DNA of 64,000 nt from Leptogorgia sarmentosa (GCA_964658305.1 OZ210885.1:14322001-14386000); one strand, 5' to 3'; shown: positions 26,555 to 42,200, counted from the stretch's first letter. A program made the numbers and translations. Notes: generated by a model not told the origin, from the letters alone.

Positions 26555-29500
26555 CCAACCTTGATAAATTAAACGCCACATCATCAATGACTCAAAAAAA
26601 CAAGGTTGCTTTTTTATGAAAGGTGTTAGAGAAGTTGGTTAAATTATAGCAAAATTTCACCACATTTATCCAACCTTGATAAATTAAACGCCACTTTGTC
26701 AATGACTCAAAAAACAAGGTTGCTTCTTCATATATCACTGTTATTAACAGTGTTAGAGAAGTTGGTTTAAATATAGCAAAATTTCACCACATTTAACCAA
26801 CCTTGATAAATTAAACGCCACATTGTCAATGACTCAAAAAAACAAGGTTGCTTCTTCATATATCACTGTTATGAAGGGTGTTGGAGAAGTTGGTTAAATT
26901 ATAGCAAAATTTCACCACATTTAAGCAACCTTGATAAATTAAACGCCACATCGTGAATGACTAAAAAAAACAAGGTTGCTTCTTCATATATCACTGTTAT
27001 GAAGGGTGTTAGAGAAGTTGATTTAAATATAGCAAAATTTCACCACATTTAACCAACCTTGATAAATTAAATGCCACATCGTCAATGACTAAAAAAAACA
27101 AGGTTGCTTTTTGATGAAAGGTGTTAGAGAAGTTGGTTAAATTATAGCAAAATTTCACCACATTTATCAAACCTTGATAAATTAAACGCCACATTGTCAA
27201 TGACTCAAAAAACAAGGTTGCTTCTTCATATATCACTGTTATTAATGGTGTTAGAGAAGTTGGTTTATAGCAAAATTTCACCACATTTAACCAACCTTGA
27301 TAAATTAAACGCCACATCATCAATGACTCAAAAAAACAAGGTTGCTTTTTTATGAAGGGTGTTAGAGAATTTGGGTAAATTATAGCAAAATTTCACCACA
27401 TTTATCCAACCTTGATAAATTAAACGCCACATTGTCAATGACTCAAAAAACAAGGTTGCTTCTTCATATATCACTGTTATTAACAGTGTTAGAGAAGTTG
27501 GTTTAAATATAGCAAAATTTCACCACATTTAACCAACCTTGATAAATTAAACGCCACATTGTCAATGACTCAAAAAAAACAAGGTTGCTTCTTCATATAT
27601 CACTGTTATGAAGGGTGTTGGAGAAGTTGGTTAAATGATAGCAAAATTTCACCACATTTAACCAACCTTGATAAATTAAACGCCACACTGTGAATGACTA
27701 AAAAAAACAAGGTTGCTTCTTCATATATCACTGTTATGAAGGGTGTTAGAGAAGTTGGTTTAAATATAGCAAAATTTCACCACATTTATCCAACCTTGAT
27801 AAATTAAACGGCACATTGTCAATGACTCAAAAAACAAGGTTGCTTCTTCATATATCACTGTTATGAAGGGTGTTGGAGAAGTTGGTTAAATTATAGCAAA
27901 ATTTCACCACATTCATCAAACCTTGATAAATTAAATGCCACATTGTCAATGACTCAAAAAACAAGGTTCCTTCTTCATATATCACTGTTATTAACAGTGT
28001 TAGAGTAGTTGGTTTATAGCAAAATTTCACCACATTTAACCAACCTTGATAAATTAAACGCCACATCATCAATGACTCAAAAAAACAAGGTTGCTTTTTT
28101 ATGAAGGGTGTTAGAGAATTTGGGTAAATTATAGCAAAATTTCACCACATTTAACCAACCTTGATAAATTAAACGCCACATCATCAATGACTCAAAAAAA
28201 CAAGGTTGCTTTTTTATGAAGGGTGTTAGAGAATTTGGGTAAATTATAGCAAAATTTCACCACATTTATCCAACCTTCATAAATTAAACGCCACTTTGTC
28301 AATGACTCAAAAAACAAGGTTGCTTCTTCATATATCACTGTTATTAACGGTGTTAGACAAGTTGATTTAAATATAGCAAAATTTCACCACATTTAACCAA
28401 CCTTGATAAATTAAACGCCACATCATCAATGACTCAAAAAAACAAGGTTGCTTTTTTATGAAGGGTGTTAGAGAATTTGGGTAAATTATAGCAAAATTTC
28501 ACCACATTTATCCAACCTTGATAAATTAAAGGCCACATTGTCAATGACTCAAAAAACAAGGTTGCTTCTTCACATATCACTGTTACTAACGGTGTTAGAG
28601 AAGTTGGTTTATAGCAAAATATCACCACAGTTAACCAACCTTAATCAATTAAACGCCATATCATCAATGACTAAAAAAAACAAGGTTGCTTCTTCATATA
28701 ACACTGTTATGAAGGGTGTTAGAGAAGTTGGTTAAATTATAGCAAAATTTCACCACATTTAACCAACCTTGATAAATTAAACGCCACACTGTGAATGACT
28801 AAAAAAAACAAGGTTGCTTCTTCATATATCACTGTTATGAAGGGTGTTAGAGAAGTTGGTTTAAATATAGCAAAATTTCACCACATTTAACCACCCTTGA
28901 TCAATTAAACGCCACATTGTCAATGACTCAAAAAAACAAGGTTGCTTTTTTATGAAGGGTGTTAGAGAAGTTGGTTAAATTATAGCATAATTTCACCACA
29001 TTTAACCAACCTTGATAAATTAAATGCCACATCGTCAATGACTAAAAAAAACAAGGTTGCTTTTTTATGAAAGGTGTTAGAGAAGTTGGTTAAATTATAG
29101 CAAAATTTCACCACATTTATCAAACCTTGATAAATTAAATGCCACATTGTCAATGACTCAAAAAACAAGGTTGCTTCTTCATATATCACTGTTATTAACA
29201 GTGTTAGAGTAGTTGGTTTATAGCAAAATTTCACCACATTTAACCAACCTTGATAAATTAAACGCCACATCATCAATGACTCAAAAAAACAAGGTTGCTT
29301 TTTTATGAAGGGTGTTAGAGAAGTTGGGTAAATTATAGCAAAATTTCACCACATTTAACCAACCTTGATAAATTAAATGCCACATCGTCAATGACTAAAA
29401 AAAACAAGGTTGCTTTTTTATGAAAGGTGTTAGAGAAGTTGGTTAAATTATAGCAAAATTTCACCACATTTATCAAACCTTGATAAATTAAATGCCACAT

Positions 29501-32500
29501 TGTCAATGACTCAAAAAACAAGGTTGCTTCTTCATATATCACTGTTATTAACAGTGTTAGAGTAGTTGGTTTATAGCAAAATTTCACCACATTTAACCAA
29601 CCTTGATAAATTAAACGCCACATCATCAATGACTCAAAAAAACAAGGTTGCTTTTTTATGAAGGGTGTTAGAGAATTTGGGTAAATTATAGCAAAATTTC
29701 ACCACATTTATCCAACCTTGATAAATTAAACGCCACTTTGTCAATGACTCAAAAACCAAGGTTGCTTCTTCATATATCACTGTTATTAACAGTGGTAGAG
29801 AAGTTGGTTTATAGCAAAATATCACCACATTTAACCAACCTTAATCAATTAAACGCCACATCATCAATGACTAAAAAAAACAAGGTTGCTTCTTCATATA
29901 ACACTGTTATGAAGGGTGTTAGAGAAGTTGGTTAAATTATAGCAAAATTTCACCACATTTAACCAACCTTGATAAATTAAACGCCACATCGTCAATGACT
30001 CAAAAAAACAAGGTTGCTTTTTTATGAAGGGTGTTAGAGAATTTGGGTAAATTATAGCAAAATTTCACCACATTTATCCAACCTTGATAAATTAAACGCC
30101 ACATTGTCAATGACTCAAAAAACAAGGTTGCTTCTTCATATATCACTGTTATGAAGGGTGTTAGAGAAGTTGGTTTAAATAAAGCAACATTTCACCACAT
30201 TTAACCAACCTTGATAAATTAAACGCCACATTGTCAATGACTCAAAAAAACAAGGTTACTTCTTCATATAACACTGTTATGAAGGGTGTTAGAGAAGTTG
30301 GTTAAATTATAGCAAAATTTCACCACATTTAACCAACCTTGATAAATTAAACGGCACACTGTGAATGACTAAAAAAAACAAGGTTGCTTCTTCATATATC
30401 ACTGTTATGAAGGGTGTTAGAGTAGTTGGTTTATAGCAAAATTTCACCACATTTAACCAACCTTGATAAATTAAACGCCACATCATCAATGACTCAAAAA
30501 AACTAGGTTGCTTTATTATGAAGGGTGTTAGAGAATTTGGGTAAATTATAGCAAAATTTCACCACATTTATCCAACCTTGATAAATTAAACGCCACTTTG
30601 TCAATGACTCAAAAAACAAGGTTGCTTCTTCATATATCACTGTTATTAACAGTGTTAGAGAAGTTGGTTTAAATATAGCAAAATTTCACCACATTTATCA
30701 AACCTTGATAAATTAAATGCCACATTGTCAATGACTAAAAAAAACAAGGTTGCTTTTTTATGAAAGGTGTTAGAGAAGTTGGTTAAATTATAGCAAAATT
30801 TCACCACATTTATCAAACCTTGATAAATTAAATGCCACATTGTCAATGACTCAAAAAACAAGGTTGCTTCTTCATATATCACTGTTATGAAGGGTGTTAG
30901 AGAAGTTGGTTTAAATAAAGCAACATTTCACCACATTTAACCAACCTTGATAAATTAAACGCCACATTGTCAATGACTCAAAAAAACAAGGTTACTTCTT
31001 CATATAACACTGTTATGAAGGGTGTTAGAGAAGTTGGTTAAATTATAGCAAAATTTCACCACATTTAACCAACCTTGATAAATTAAACGGCACACTGTGA
31101 ATGACTAAAAAAAACAAGGTTGCTTCTTCATATATCACTGTTATGAAGGGTGTTAGAGTAGTTGGTTTATAGCAAAATTTCACCACATTTAACCAACCTT
31201 CATAAATTAAACGCCACATCATCAATGACTCAAAAAAACTAGGTTGCTTTATTATGAAGGGTGTTAGAGAATTTGGGTAAATTATAGCAAAATTTCACCA
31301 CATTTATCCAACCTTGATAAATTAAACGCCACATCATCAATGACTCAAAAAAACAAGGTTGCTTTTTTATGAAAGGTGTTAGAGAAGTTGGTTAAATTAT
31401 AGCAAAATTTCACCACATTTATCCAACCTTGATAAATTAAACGCCACTTTGTCAATGACTCAAAAAACAAGGTTGCTTCTTCATATATCACTGTTATTAA
31501 CAGTGTTAGAGAAGTTGGTTTAAATATAGCAAAATTTCACCACATTTAACCAACCTTGATAAATTAAACGCCACATTGTCAATGACTCAAAAAAACAAGG
31601 TTGCTTCTTCATATATCACTGTTATGAAGGGTGTTGGAGAAGTTGGTTAAATTATAGCAAAATTTCACCACATTTAAGCAACCTTGATAAATTAAACGCC
31701 ACATCGTGAATGACTAAAAAAAACAAGGTTGCTTCTTCATATATCACTGTTATGAAGGGTGTTAGAGAAGTTGATTTAAATATAGCAAAATTTCACCACA
31801 TTTAACCAACCTTGATAAATTAAATGCCACATCGTCAATGACTAAAAAAAACAAGGTTGCTTTTTGATGAAAGGTGTTAGAGAAGTTGGTTAAATTATAG
31901 CAAAATTTCACCACATTTATCAAACCTTGATAAATTAAACGCCACATTGTCAATGACTCAAAAAACAAGGTTGCTTCTTCATATATCACTGTTATTAATG
32001 GTGTTAGAGAAGTTGGTTTATAGCAAAATTTCACCACATTTAACCAACCTTGATAAATTAAACGCCACATCATCAATGACTCAAAAAAACAAGGTTGCTT
32101 TTTTATGAAGGGTGTTAGAGAATTTGGGTAAATTATAGCAAAATTTCACCACATTTATCCAACCTTGATAAATTAAACGCCACATTGTCAATGACTCAAA
32201 AAACAAGGTTGCTTCTTCATATATCACTGTTATTAACAGTGTTAGAGAAGTTGGTTTAAATATAGCAAAATTTCACCACATTTAACCAACCTTGATAAAT
32301 TAAACGCCACATTGTCAATGACTCAAAAAAAACAAGGTTGCTTCTTCATATATCACTGTTATGAAGGGTGTTGGAGAAGTTGGTTAAATGATAGCAAAAT
32401 TTCACCACATTTAACCAACCTTGATAAATTAAACGCCACACTGTGAATGACTAAAAAAAACAAGGTTGCTTCTTCATATATCACTGTTATGAAGGGTGTT

Positions 32501-35500
32501 AGAGAAGTTGGTTTAAATATAGCAAAATTTCACCACATTTATCCAACCTTGATAAATTAAACGGCACATTGTCAATGACTCAAAAAACAAGGTTGCTTCT
32601 TCATATATCACTGTTATGAAGGGTGTTGGAGAAGTTGGTTAAATTATAGCAAAATTTCACCACATTCATCAAACCTTGATAAATTAAATGCCACATTGTC
32701 AATGACTCAAAAAACAAGGTTCCTTCTTCATATATCACTGTTATTAACAGTGTTAGAGTAGTTGGTTTATAGCAAAATTTCACCACATTTAACCAACCTT
32801 GATAAATTAAACGCCACATCATCAATGACTCAAAAAAACAAGGTTGCTTTTTTATGAAGGGTGTTAGAGAATTTGGGTAAATTATAGCAAAATTTCACCA
32901 CATTTAACCAACCTTGATAAATTAAACGCCACATCATCAATGACTCAAAAAAACAAGGTTGCTTTTTTATGAAGGGTGTTAGAGAATTTGGGTAAATTAT
33001 AGCAAAATTTCACCACATTTATCCAACCTTCATAAATTAAACGCCACTTTGTCAATGACTCAAAAAACAAGGTTGCTTCTTCATATATCACTGTTATTAA
33101 CGGTGTTAGACAAGTTGATTTAAATATAGCAAAATTTCACCACATTTAACCAACCTTGATAAATTAAACGCCACATCATCAATGACTCAAAAAAACAAGG
33201 TTGCTTTTTTATGAAGGGTGTTAGAGAATTTGGGTAAATTATAGCAAAATTTCACCACATTTATCCAACCTTGATAAATTAAAGGCCACATTGTCAATGA
33301 CTCAAAAAACAAGGTTGCTTCTTCACATATCACTGTTACTAACGGTGTTAGAGAAGTTGGTTTATAGCAAAATATCACCACAGTTAACCAACCTTAATCA
33401 ATTAAACGCCATATCATCAATGACTAAAAAAAACAAGGTTGCTTCTTCATATAACACTGTTATGAAGGGTGTTAGAGAAGTTGGTTAAATTATAGCAAAA
33501 TTTCACCACATTTAACCAACCTTGATAAATTAAACGCCACACTGTGAATGACTAAAAAAAACAAGGTTGCTTCTTCATATATCACTGTTATGAAGGGTGT
33601 TAGAGAAGTTGGTTTAAATATAGCAAAATTTCACCACATTTAACCACCCTTGATCAATTAAACGCCACATTGTCAATGACTCAAAAAAACAAGGTTGCTT
33701 TTTTATGAAGGGTGTTAGAGAAGTTGGTTAAATTATAGCATAATTTCACCACATTTAACCAACCTTGATAAATTAAATGCCACATCGTCAATGACTAAAA
33801 AAAACAAGGTTGCTTTTTTATGAAAGGTGTTAGAGAAGTTGGTTAAATTATAGCAAAATTTCACCACATTTATCAAACCTTGATAAATTAAATGCCACAT
33901 TGTCAATGACTCAAAAAACAAGGTTGCTTCTTCATATATCACTGTTATTAACAGTGTTAGAGTAGTTGGTTTATAGCAAAATTTCACCACATTTAACCAA
34001 CCTTGATAAATTAAACGCCACATCATCAATGACTCAAAAAAACAAGGTTGCTTTTTTATGAAGGGTGTTAGAGAAGTTGGGTAAATTATAGCAAAATTTC
34101 ACCACATTTAACCAACCTTGATAAATTAAATGCCACATCGTCAATGACTAAAAAAAACAAGGTTGCTTTTTTATGAAAGGTGTTAGAGAAGTTGGTTAAA
34201 TTATAGCAAAATTTCACCACATTTATCAAACCTTGATAAATTAAATGCCACATTGTCAATGACTCAAAAAACAAGGTTGCTTCTTCATATATCACTGTTA
34301 TTAACAGTGTTAGAGTAGTTGGTTTATAGCAAAATTTCACCACATTTAACCAACCTTGATAAATTAAACGCCACATCATCAATGACTCAAAAAAACAAGG
34401 TTGCTTTTTTATGAAGGGTGTTAGAGAATTTGGGTAAATTATAGCAAAATTTCACCACATTTATCCAACCTTGATAAATTAAACGCCACTTTGTCAATGA
34501 CTCAAAAACCAAGGTTGCTTCTTCATATATCACTGTTATTAACAGTGGTAGAGAAGTTGGTTTATAGCAAAATATCACCACATTTAACCAACCTTAATCA
34601 ATTAAACGCCACATCATCAATGACTAAAAAAAACAAGGTTGCTTCTTCATATAACACTGTTATGAAGGGTGTTAGAGAAGTTGGTTAAATTATAGCAAAA
34701 TTTCACCACATTTAACCAACCTTGATAAATTAAACGCCACATCGTCAATGACTCAAAAAAACAAGGTTGCTTTTTTATGAAGGGTGTTAGAGAATTTGGG
34801 TAAATTATAGCAAAATTTCACCACATTTATCCAACCTTGATAAATTAAACGCCACATTGTCAATGACTCAAAAAACAAGGTTGCTTCTTCATATATCACT
34901 GTTATGAAGGGTGTTAGAGAAGTTGGTTTAAATAAAGCAACATTTCACCACATTTAACCAACCTTGATAAATTAAACGCCACATTGTCAATGACTCAAAA
35001 AAACAAGGTTACTTCTTCATATAACACTGTTATGAAGGGTGTTAGAGAAGTTGGTTAAATTATAGCAAAATTTCACCACATTTAACCAACCTTGATAAAT
35101 TAAACGGCACACTGTGAATGACTAAAAAAAACAAGGTTGCTTCTTCATATATCACTGTTATGAAGGGTGTTAGAGTAGTTGGTTTATAGCAAAATTTCAC
35201 CACATTTAACCAACCTTGATAAATTAAACGCCACATCATCAATGACTCAAAAAAACTAGGTTGCTTTATTATGAAGGGTGTTAGAGAATTTGGGTAAATT
35301 ATAGCAAAATTTCACCACATTTATCCAACCTTGATAAATTAAACGCCACTTTGTCAATGACTCAAAAAACAAGGTTGCTTCTTCATATATCACTGTTATT
35401 AACAGTGTTAGAGAAGTTGGTTTAAATATAGCAAAATTTCACCACATTTATCAAACCTTGATAAATTAAATGCCACATTGTCAATGACTAAAAAAAACAA

Positions 35501-36085
35501 GGTTGCTTTTTTATGAAAGGTGTTAGAGAAGTTGGTTAAATTATAGCAAAATTTCACCACATTTATCAAACCTTGATAAATTAAATGCCACATTGTCAAT
35601 GACTCAAAAAACAAGGTTGCTTCTTCATATATCACTGTTATGAAGGGTGTTAGAGAAGTTGGTTTAAATAAAGCAACATTTCACCACATTTAACCAACCT
35701 TGATAAATTAAACGCCACATTGTCAATGACTCAAAAAAACAAGGTTACTTCTTCATATAACACTGTTATGAAGGGTGTTAGAGAAGTTGGTTAAATTATA
35801 GCAAAATTTCACCACATTTAACCAACCTTGATAAATTAAACGGCACACTGTGAATGACTAAAAAAAACAAGGTTGCTTCTTCATATATCACTGTTATGAA
35901 GGGTGTTAGAGTAGTTGGTTTATAGCAAAATTTCACCACATTTAACCAACCTTGATAAATTAAACGCCACATCATCAATGACTCAAAAAAACTAGGTTGC
36001 TTTATTATGAAGGGTGTTAGAGAATTTGGGTAAATTATAGCAAAATTTCACCACATTTATCCAACCTTGATAAATTAAACGCCAC
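26555..36085 (+). repeat. Tandem duplication with period 4753 bp
   Basis: ORF offsets 27009->31762, 27848->32601, 28434->33187, 29634->34387, 30655->35408 and 31043->35796 are all 4753. One SNP was seen (C31201 vs G35954). Confidence 0.93.
28930..29680 (+). repeat. Tandem doublet of a 353-bp 3-monomer unit
   Basis: ORF offset 28980->29333 = 353. The same doublet occurs at 33733/34086, 36776/37129 and 45980/46333, and near 40.0-40.7 and 44.4-45.1 kb. Confidence 0.88.
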
Positions 36086-36253
36086 TTTGTCAATGACTCA
36101 AAAAACAAGGTTGCTTCTTCATATATCACTGTTATTAACAGTGTTAGAGAAGTTGGTTTAAATATAGCAAAATTTCACCACATTTATCAAACCTTGATAA
36201 ATTAAATGCCACATTGTCAATGACTAAAAAAAACAAGGTTGCTTTTTTATGAA
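34851..36253 (+). repeat. About 1.9 tandem copies of a 736-bp 6-monomer unit (also 30098-31332)
   Basis: ORF offsets 35060->35796, 35408->36144 and 30307->31043 are all 736. The marker aaactaggttgctttattatg is repeated at that spacing. Confidence 0.88.
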
Positions 36254-36276
36254 GGGTGTTAGAGAAGTTGGTTAAA

Positions 36277-39200
36277 TTATAGCAAAATTTCACCACATTT
36301 AACCAACCTTGATAAATTAAATGCCACATTGTCAATGACTCAAAAAAACAAGGTTGCTTCTTTATATATCACTGTTATGAAGGGTGTTGGAGAAGTTGGT
36401 TAAATTATAGCAAAATTTCACCACATTTAACCAACCTTGATAAATTAAACGCCACATCGTGAATGACTAAAAAAAACAAGGTTGTTTCTTCATATATCAC
36501 TGTTATGAAGGGTGTTAGAGAAGTTGGTTTAAATATAGCAAAATTTCACCACATTTAACCAACCTTGATAAATTAAACGCCACATTGTCAATCACTAAAA
36601 AAAACAAGGTTGCTTCTTCATATATCACTGTTATGAAGGGTGTTAGAGAAGTTGGTTTAAATATAGCAAAATTTCACCACATTTAACCACCCTTGATCAA
36701 TTAAACGCCACATTGTCAATGACTCAAAAAAACAAGGTTGCTTTTTTATGAAGGGTGTTAGAGAAGTTGGTTAAATTATAGCAAAATTTCACCACATTTA
36801 ACCAACCTTGATAAATTAAATGCCACATCGTCAATGACTAAAAAAAACAAGGTTGCTTTTTTATGAAAGGTGTTAGAGAAGTTGGTTAAATTATAGCAAA
36901 ATTTCACCACATTTATCAAACCTTGATAAATTAAATGCCACATTGTCAATGACTCAAAAAACAAGGTTGCTTCTTCATATATCACTGTTATTAACAGTGT
37001 TAGAGTAGTTGGTTTATAGCAAAATTTCACCACATTTAACCAACCTTGATAAATTAAACGCCACATCATCAATGACTCAAAAAAACAAGGTTGCTTTTTT
37101 ATGAAGGGTGTTAGAGAAGTTGGTTAAATTATAGCAAAATTTCACCACATTTAACCAACCTTGATAAATGAAATGCCACATCGTCAATGACTAAAAAAAA
37201 CAAGGTTGCTTTTTTATGAAAGGTGTTAGAGAAGTTGGTTAAATTATAGCAAAATTTCACCACATTTATCAAACCTTGATAAATTAAATGCCACATTGTC
37301 AATGACTCAAAAAACAAGGTTGCTTCTTCATATATCACTGTTATTAACAGTGTTAGAGTAGTTGGTTTATAGCAAAATTTCACCACATTTAACCAACCTT
37401 GATAAATTAAACGCCACATCATCAATGACTCAAAAAAACAAGGTTGCTTTTTTATGAAGGGTGTTAGAGAATTTGGGTAAATTATAGCAAAATTTCACCA
37501 CATTTATCCAACCTTGATAAATTAAACGCCACTTTGTCAATGACTCAAAAACCAAGGTTGCTTCTTCATATATCACTGTTATTAACAGTGGTAGAGAAGT
37601 TGGTTTATAGCAAAATATCACCACATTTAACCAACCTTAATCAATTAAACGCCACATCATCAATGACTAAAAAAAACAAGGTTGCTTCTTCATATAACAC
37701 TGTTATGAAGGGTGTTAGAGAAGTTGGTTAAATTATAGCAAAATTTCACCACATTTAACCAACCTTGATAAATTAAACGCCACATCGTCAATGACTCAAA
37801 AAAACAAGGTTGCTTTTTTATGAAGGGTGTTAGAGAATTTGGGTAAATTATAGCAAAATTTCACCACATTTATCCAACCTTGATAAATTAAACGCCACAT
37901 TGTCAATGACTCAAAAAACAAGGTTGCTTCTTCATATATCACTGTTATGAAGGGTGTTAGAGAAGTTGGTTTAAATAAAGCAACATTTCACCACATTTAA
38001 CCAACCTTGATAAATTAAACGCCACATTGTCAATGACTCAAAAAAACAAGGTTACTTCTTCATATAACACTGTTATGAAGGGTGTTGGAGAAGTTGGTTA
38101 AATTATAGCAAAATTTCACCACATTTAACCAACCTTGATAAATTAAACGGCACACTGTGAATGACTAAAAAAAACAAGGTTGTTTCTTCATATATCACTG
38201 TTATGAAGGGTGTTAGAGTAGTTGGTTTATAGCAAAATTTCACCACATTTAACCAACCTTGATCAATTAAACGCCACATTGTCAATGACTCAAAAAAACA
38301 AGGTTGCTTTTTTATGCAGGGTGTTAGAGAAGTTGGTTAAATTATAGCAAAATTTCACCACATTTAACCAACCTTGATAAATTAAATGCCACATCGTCAA
38401 TGACTAAAAAAAACAAGGTTGCTTTTTTATGAAAGGTGTTAGAGAAGTTGGTTAAATTATAGCAAAATTTCACAACATTTATCAAACCTTGATAAATTAA
38501 ATGCCACATTGTCAATGACTCAAAAAACAATGTTGCTTCTTCATATATCACTGTTATTAACAGTGTTAGAGTAGTTGGTTTATAGCAAAATTTCACCACA
38601 TTTAACCAACCTTGATAAATTAAACGCCACATCATCAATGACTCAAAAAAACAAGGTTGCTTTTTTATGAAGGGTGTTAGAGAATTTGGGTAAATTATAG
38701 CAAAATTTCACCACATTTATCCAACCTTGATAAATTAAACGCCACATTGTCAATGACTCAAAAAACAAGGTTGCTTCTTCACATATCACTGTTACTAACG
38801 GTGTAAGAGAAGTTGGTTTATAGCAAAATATCACCACATTAAACCAACCTTAATCAATTAAACGCCACATCATCAATGACTAAAAAAAAACAAGGTTACT
38901 TCTTCATATAACACTGTTATGAAGGGTGTTAGAGAAGTTGGTTAAATTATAGCAAAATTTCACCACATTTAACCAACCTTGATAAATTAAATGCCACATC
39001 GTCAATGACTCAAAAAAACAAGGTTGCTTTATTATGAAGGGTGTTAGAGAATTTGGGTAAATTATAGCAAAATTTCACCACATTTATCCAACCTTGATAA
39101 ATTAAACGCCACTTTGTCAATGACTCAAAAAACAAGGTTGCTTCTTCATATATCACTGTTATTAACAGTGTTAGAGAAGTTGGTTTAAATATAGCAAAAT

Positions 39201-42200
39201 TTCACCACATTTATCAAACCTTGATAAATTAAATGCCACATTGTCAATGACTAAAAAAAACAACGTTCCTTTTTTATGAAGGGTGTTAGAGAAGTTGGTT
39301 AAATTATAGGAAAATTTCACCACATTTAACCAACCTTGATAAATTAAATGCCACATTGTCAATGACTCAAAAAAACAAGGTTGCTTCTTTATATATCACT
39401 GTTATGAAGGGTGTTGGAGAAGTTGGTTAAATTATAGCAAAATTTCACCACATTTAACCAACCTTGATAAATTAAACGCCACATCGTGAATGACTAAAAA
39501 AAACAAGGTTGTTTCTTCATATATCACTGTTATGAAGGGTGTTAGAGAAGTTGGTTTAAATATAGCAAAATTTCACCACATTTATCAAACCTTGATAAAT
39601 TAAACGCCACATCATCAATGACTCAAAAAAACAAGGTTGCTTTTTTATGAAAGCTGTTAGAGAAGTTGGTTAAATTATAGCAAAATTTCACCACATTTAA
39701 CCAACCTTGATAAATTAAATGCCACATTGTCAATGACTCAAAAAAACAAGGTTGCTTCTTCATATATCACTGTTATGAAGGGTGTTGGAGAAGTTGGTTA
39801 AATTATAGCAAAATTTCACGACATTTAACCAACCTTGATAAATTAAATGCCACATGGTCAATGACTCAAAAAAACAAGGTTGCTTCTTCATATATCACTG
39901 TTATGAAGGGTGTTAGAGAAGTTGGTTAAAATATACCAAAATTTCACCACATTTAACCAACGTTGATAAATTAAATGCCACATCGTCAATGACTCAAAAA
40001 AACAAGGTTGCTTTTTTATGAAAGGTGTTAGAGAAGTTGGTTAAATGATAGCAAAATTTCACCACATTTAACCAACCTTGATAAATTAAATGCCACATCG
40101 TCAATGACCTAAAAAAACAAGGTTGCTTTTTTATGAAAGGTGTTAGAGAAGTTGGTTAAATTATAGCAAAATTTCACCACATTTATCAAACCTTGATAAA
40201 TTAAATGCCACATTGTCAATGACTCAAAAAACAAGGTTGCTTCTTCATATATCACTGTTATTAACAGTGTTAGAGTAGTTGGTTTATAGCAAAATTTCAC
40301 CACATTTAACCAACCTTGATAAATTAAACGCCACATCATCAATGACTCAAAAAAACAAGGTTGCTTTTTTATGAAGGGTGTTAGAGAAGTTGGGTAAATT
40401 ATAGCAAAATTTCACCACATTTAACCAACCTTGATAAATTAAATGCCACATCGTCAATGACTAAAAAAAACAAGGTTGCTTTTTTATGAAAGGTGTTAGA
40501 GAAGTTGGTTAAATTATAGCAAAATTTCACCACATTTATCAAACCTTGATAAATTAAATGCCACATTGTCAATGACTCAAAAAACAAGGTTGCTTCTTCA
40601 TATATCACTGTTATTAACAGTGTTAGAGTAGTTGGTTTATAGCAAAATTTCACCACATTTAACCAACCTTGATAAATTAAACGCCACATCATCAATGACT
40701 CAAAAAAACAAGGTTGCTTTTTTATGAAGGGTGTTAGAGAATTTGGGTAAATTATAGCAAAATTTCACCACATTTATCCAACCTTGATAAATTAAACGCC
40801 ACTTTGTCAATGACTCAAAAACCAAGGTTGCTTCTTCATATATCACTGTTATTAACAGTGGTAGAGAAGTTGGTTTATAGCAAAATATCACCACATTTAA
40901 CCAACCTTAATCAATTAAACGCCACATCATCAATGACTAAAAAAAACAAGGTTGCTTCTTCATATAACACTGTTATGAAGGGTGTTAGAGAAGTTGGTTA
41001 AATTATAGCAAAATTTCACCACATTTAACCAACCTTGATAAATTAAACGCCACATCGTCAATGACTCAAAAAAACAAGGTTGCTTTTTTATGAAGGGTGT
41101 TAGAGAATTTGGGTAAATTATAGCAAAATTTCACCACATTTATCCAACCTTGATAAATTAAACGCCACATTGTCAATGACTCAAAAAACAAGGTTGCTTC
41201 TTCATATATCACTGTTATGAAGGGTGTTAGAGAAGTTGGTTTAAATAAAGCAACATTTCACCACATTTAACCAACCTTGATAAATTAAACGCCACATTGT
41301 CAATGACTCAAAAAAACAAGGTTACTTCTTCATATAACACTGTTATGAAGGGTGTTAGAGAAGTTGGTTAAATTATAGCAAAATTTCACCACATTTAACC
41401 AACCTTGATAAATTAAACGGCACACTGTGAATGACTAAAAAAAACAAGGTTGCTTCTTCATATATCACTGTTATGAAGGGTGTTAGAGTAGTTGGTTTAT
41501 AGCAAAATTTCACCACATTTAACCAACCTTGATAAATTAAACGCCACATCATCAATGACTCAAAAAAACTAGGTTGCTTTATTATGAAGGGTGTTAGAGA
41601 ATTTGGGTAAATTATAGCAAAATTTCACCACATTTATCCAACCTTGATAAATTAAATGCCACATCGTCAATGACTAAAAAAAACAAGGTTGCTTTTTTAT
41701 GAAAGGTGTTAGAGAAGTTGGTTAAATTATAGCAAAATTTCACAACATTTATCAAACCTTGATAAATTAAATGCCACATTGTCAATGACTCAAAAAAACA
41801 AGGTTGCTTTTTTATGAAGGGTGTTAGAGAAGTTGGTTAAATTATAGCAAAATTTCACCACATTTAACCAACCTTGATAAATTAAATGCCACATCGTCAA
41901 TGACTAAAAAAAACAAGGTTGCTTTTTTATGAAAGGTGTTAGAGAAGTTGGTTAAATTATAGCAAAATTTCACCACATTTATCAAACCTTGATAAATTAA
42001 ATGCCACATTGTCAATGACTCAAAAAACAAGGTTGCTTCTTCATATATCACTGTTATTAACAGTGTTAGAGTAGTTGGTTTATAGCAAAATTTCACCACA
42101 TTTAACCAACCTTGATAAATTAAACGCCACATCATCAATGACTCAAAAAAACAAGGTTGCTTTTTTATGAAGGGTGTTAGAGAATTTGGGTAAATTATAG

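Larger units (their letters stand above)
1..28150 (+). repeat. Near-identical tandem duplication with period 13745 bp (copy 2 starts at 13746; offset 14494 after a 749-bp indel)
   Basis: All ORFs from 600 to 11145 recur at +13745, while 12515->27009 and 13354->27848 recur at +14494. Shared private marks are the 31-bp deletion (2857/16602), the 10-bp deletion (6477/20222) and atgattc (about 795/14540). Few differences were seen, e.g. G228 vs A13973. Confidence 0.95.
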
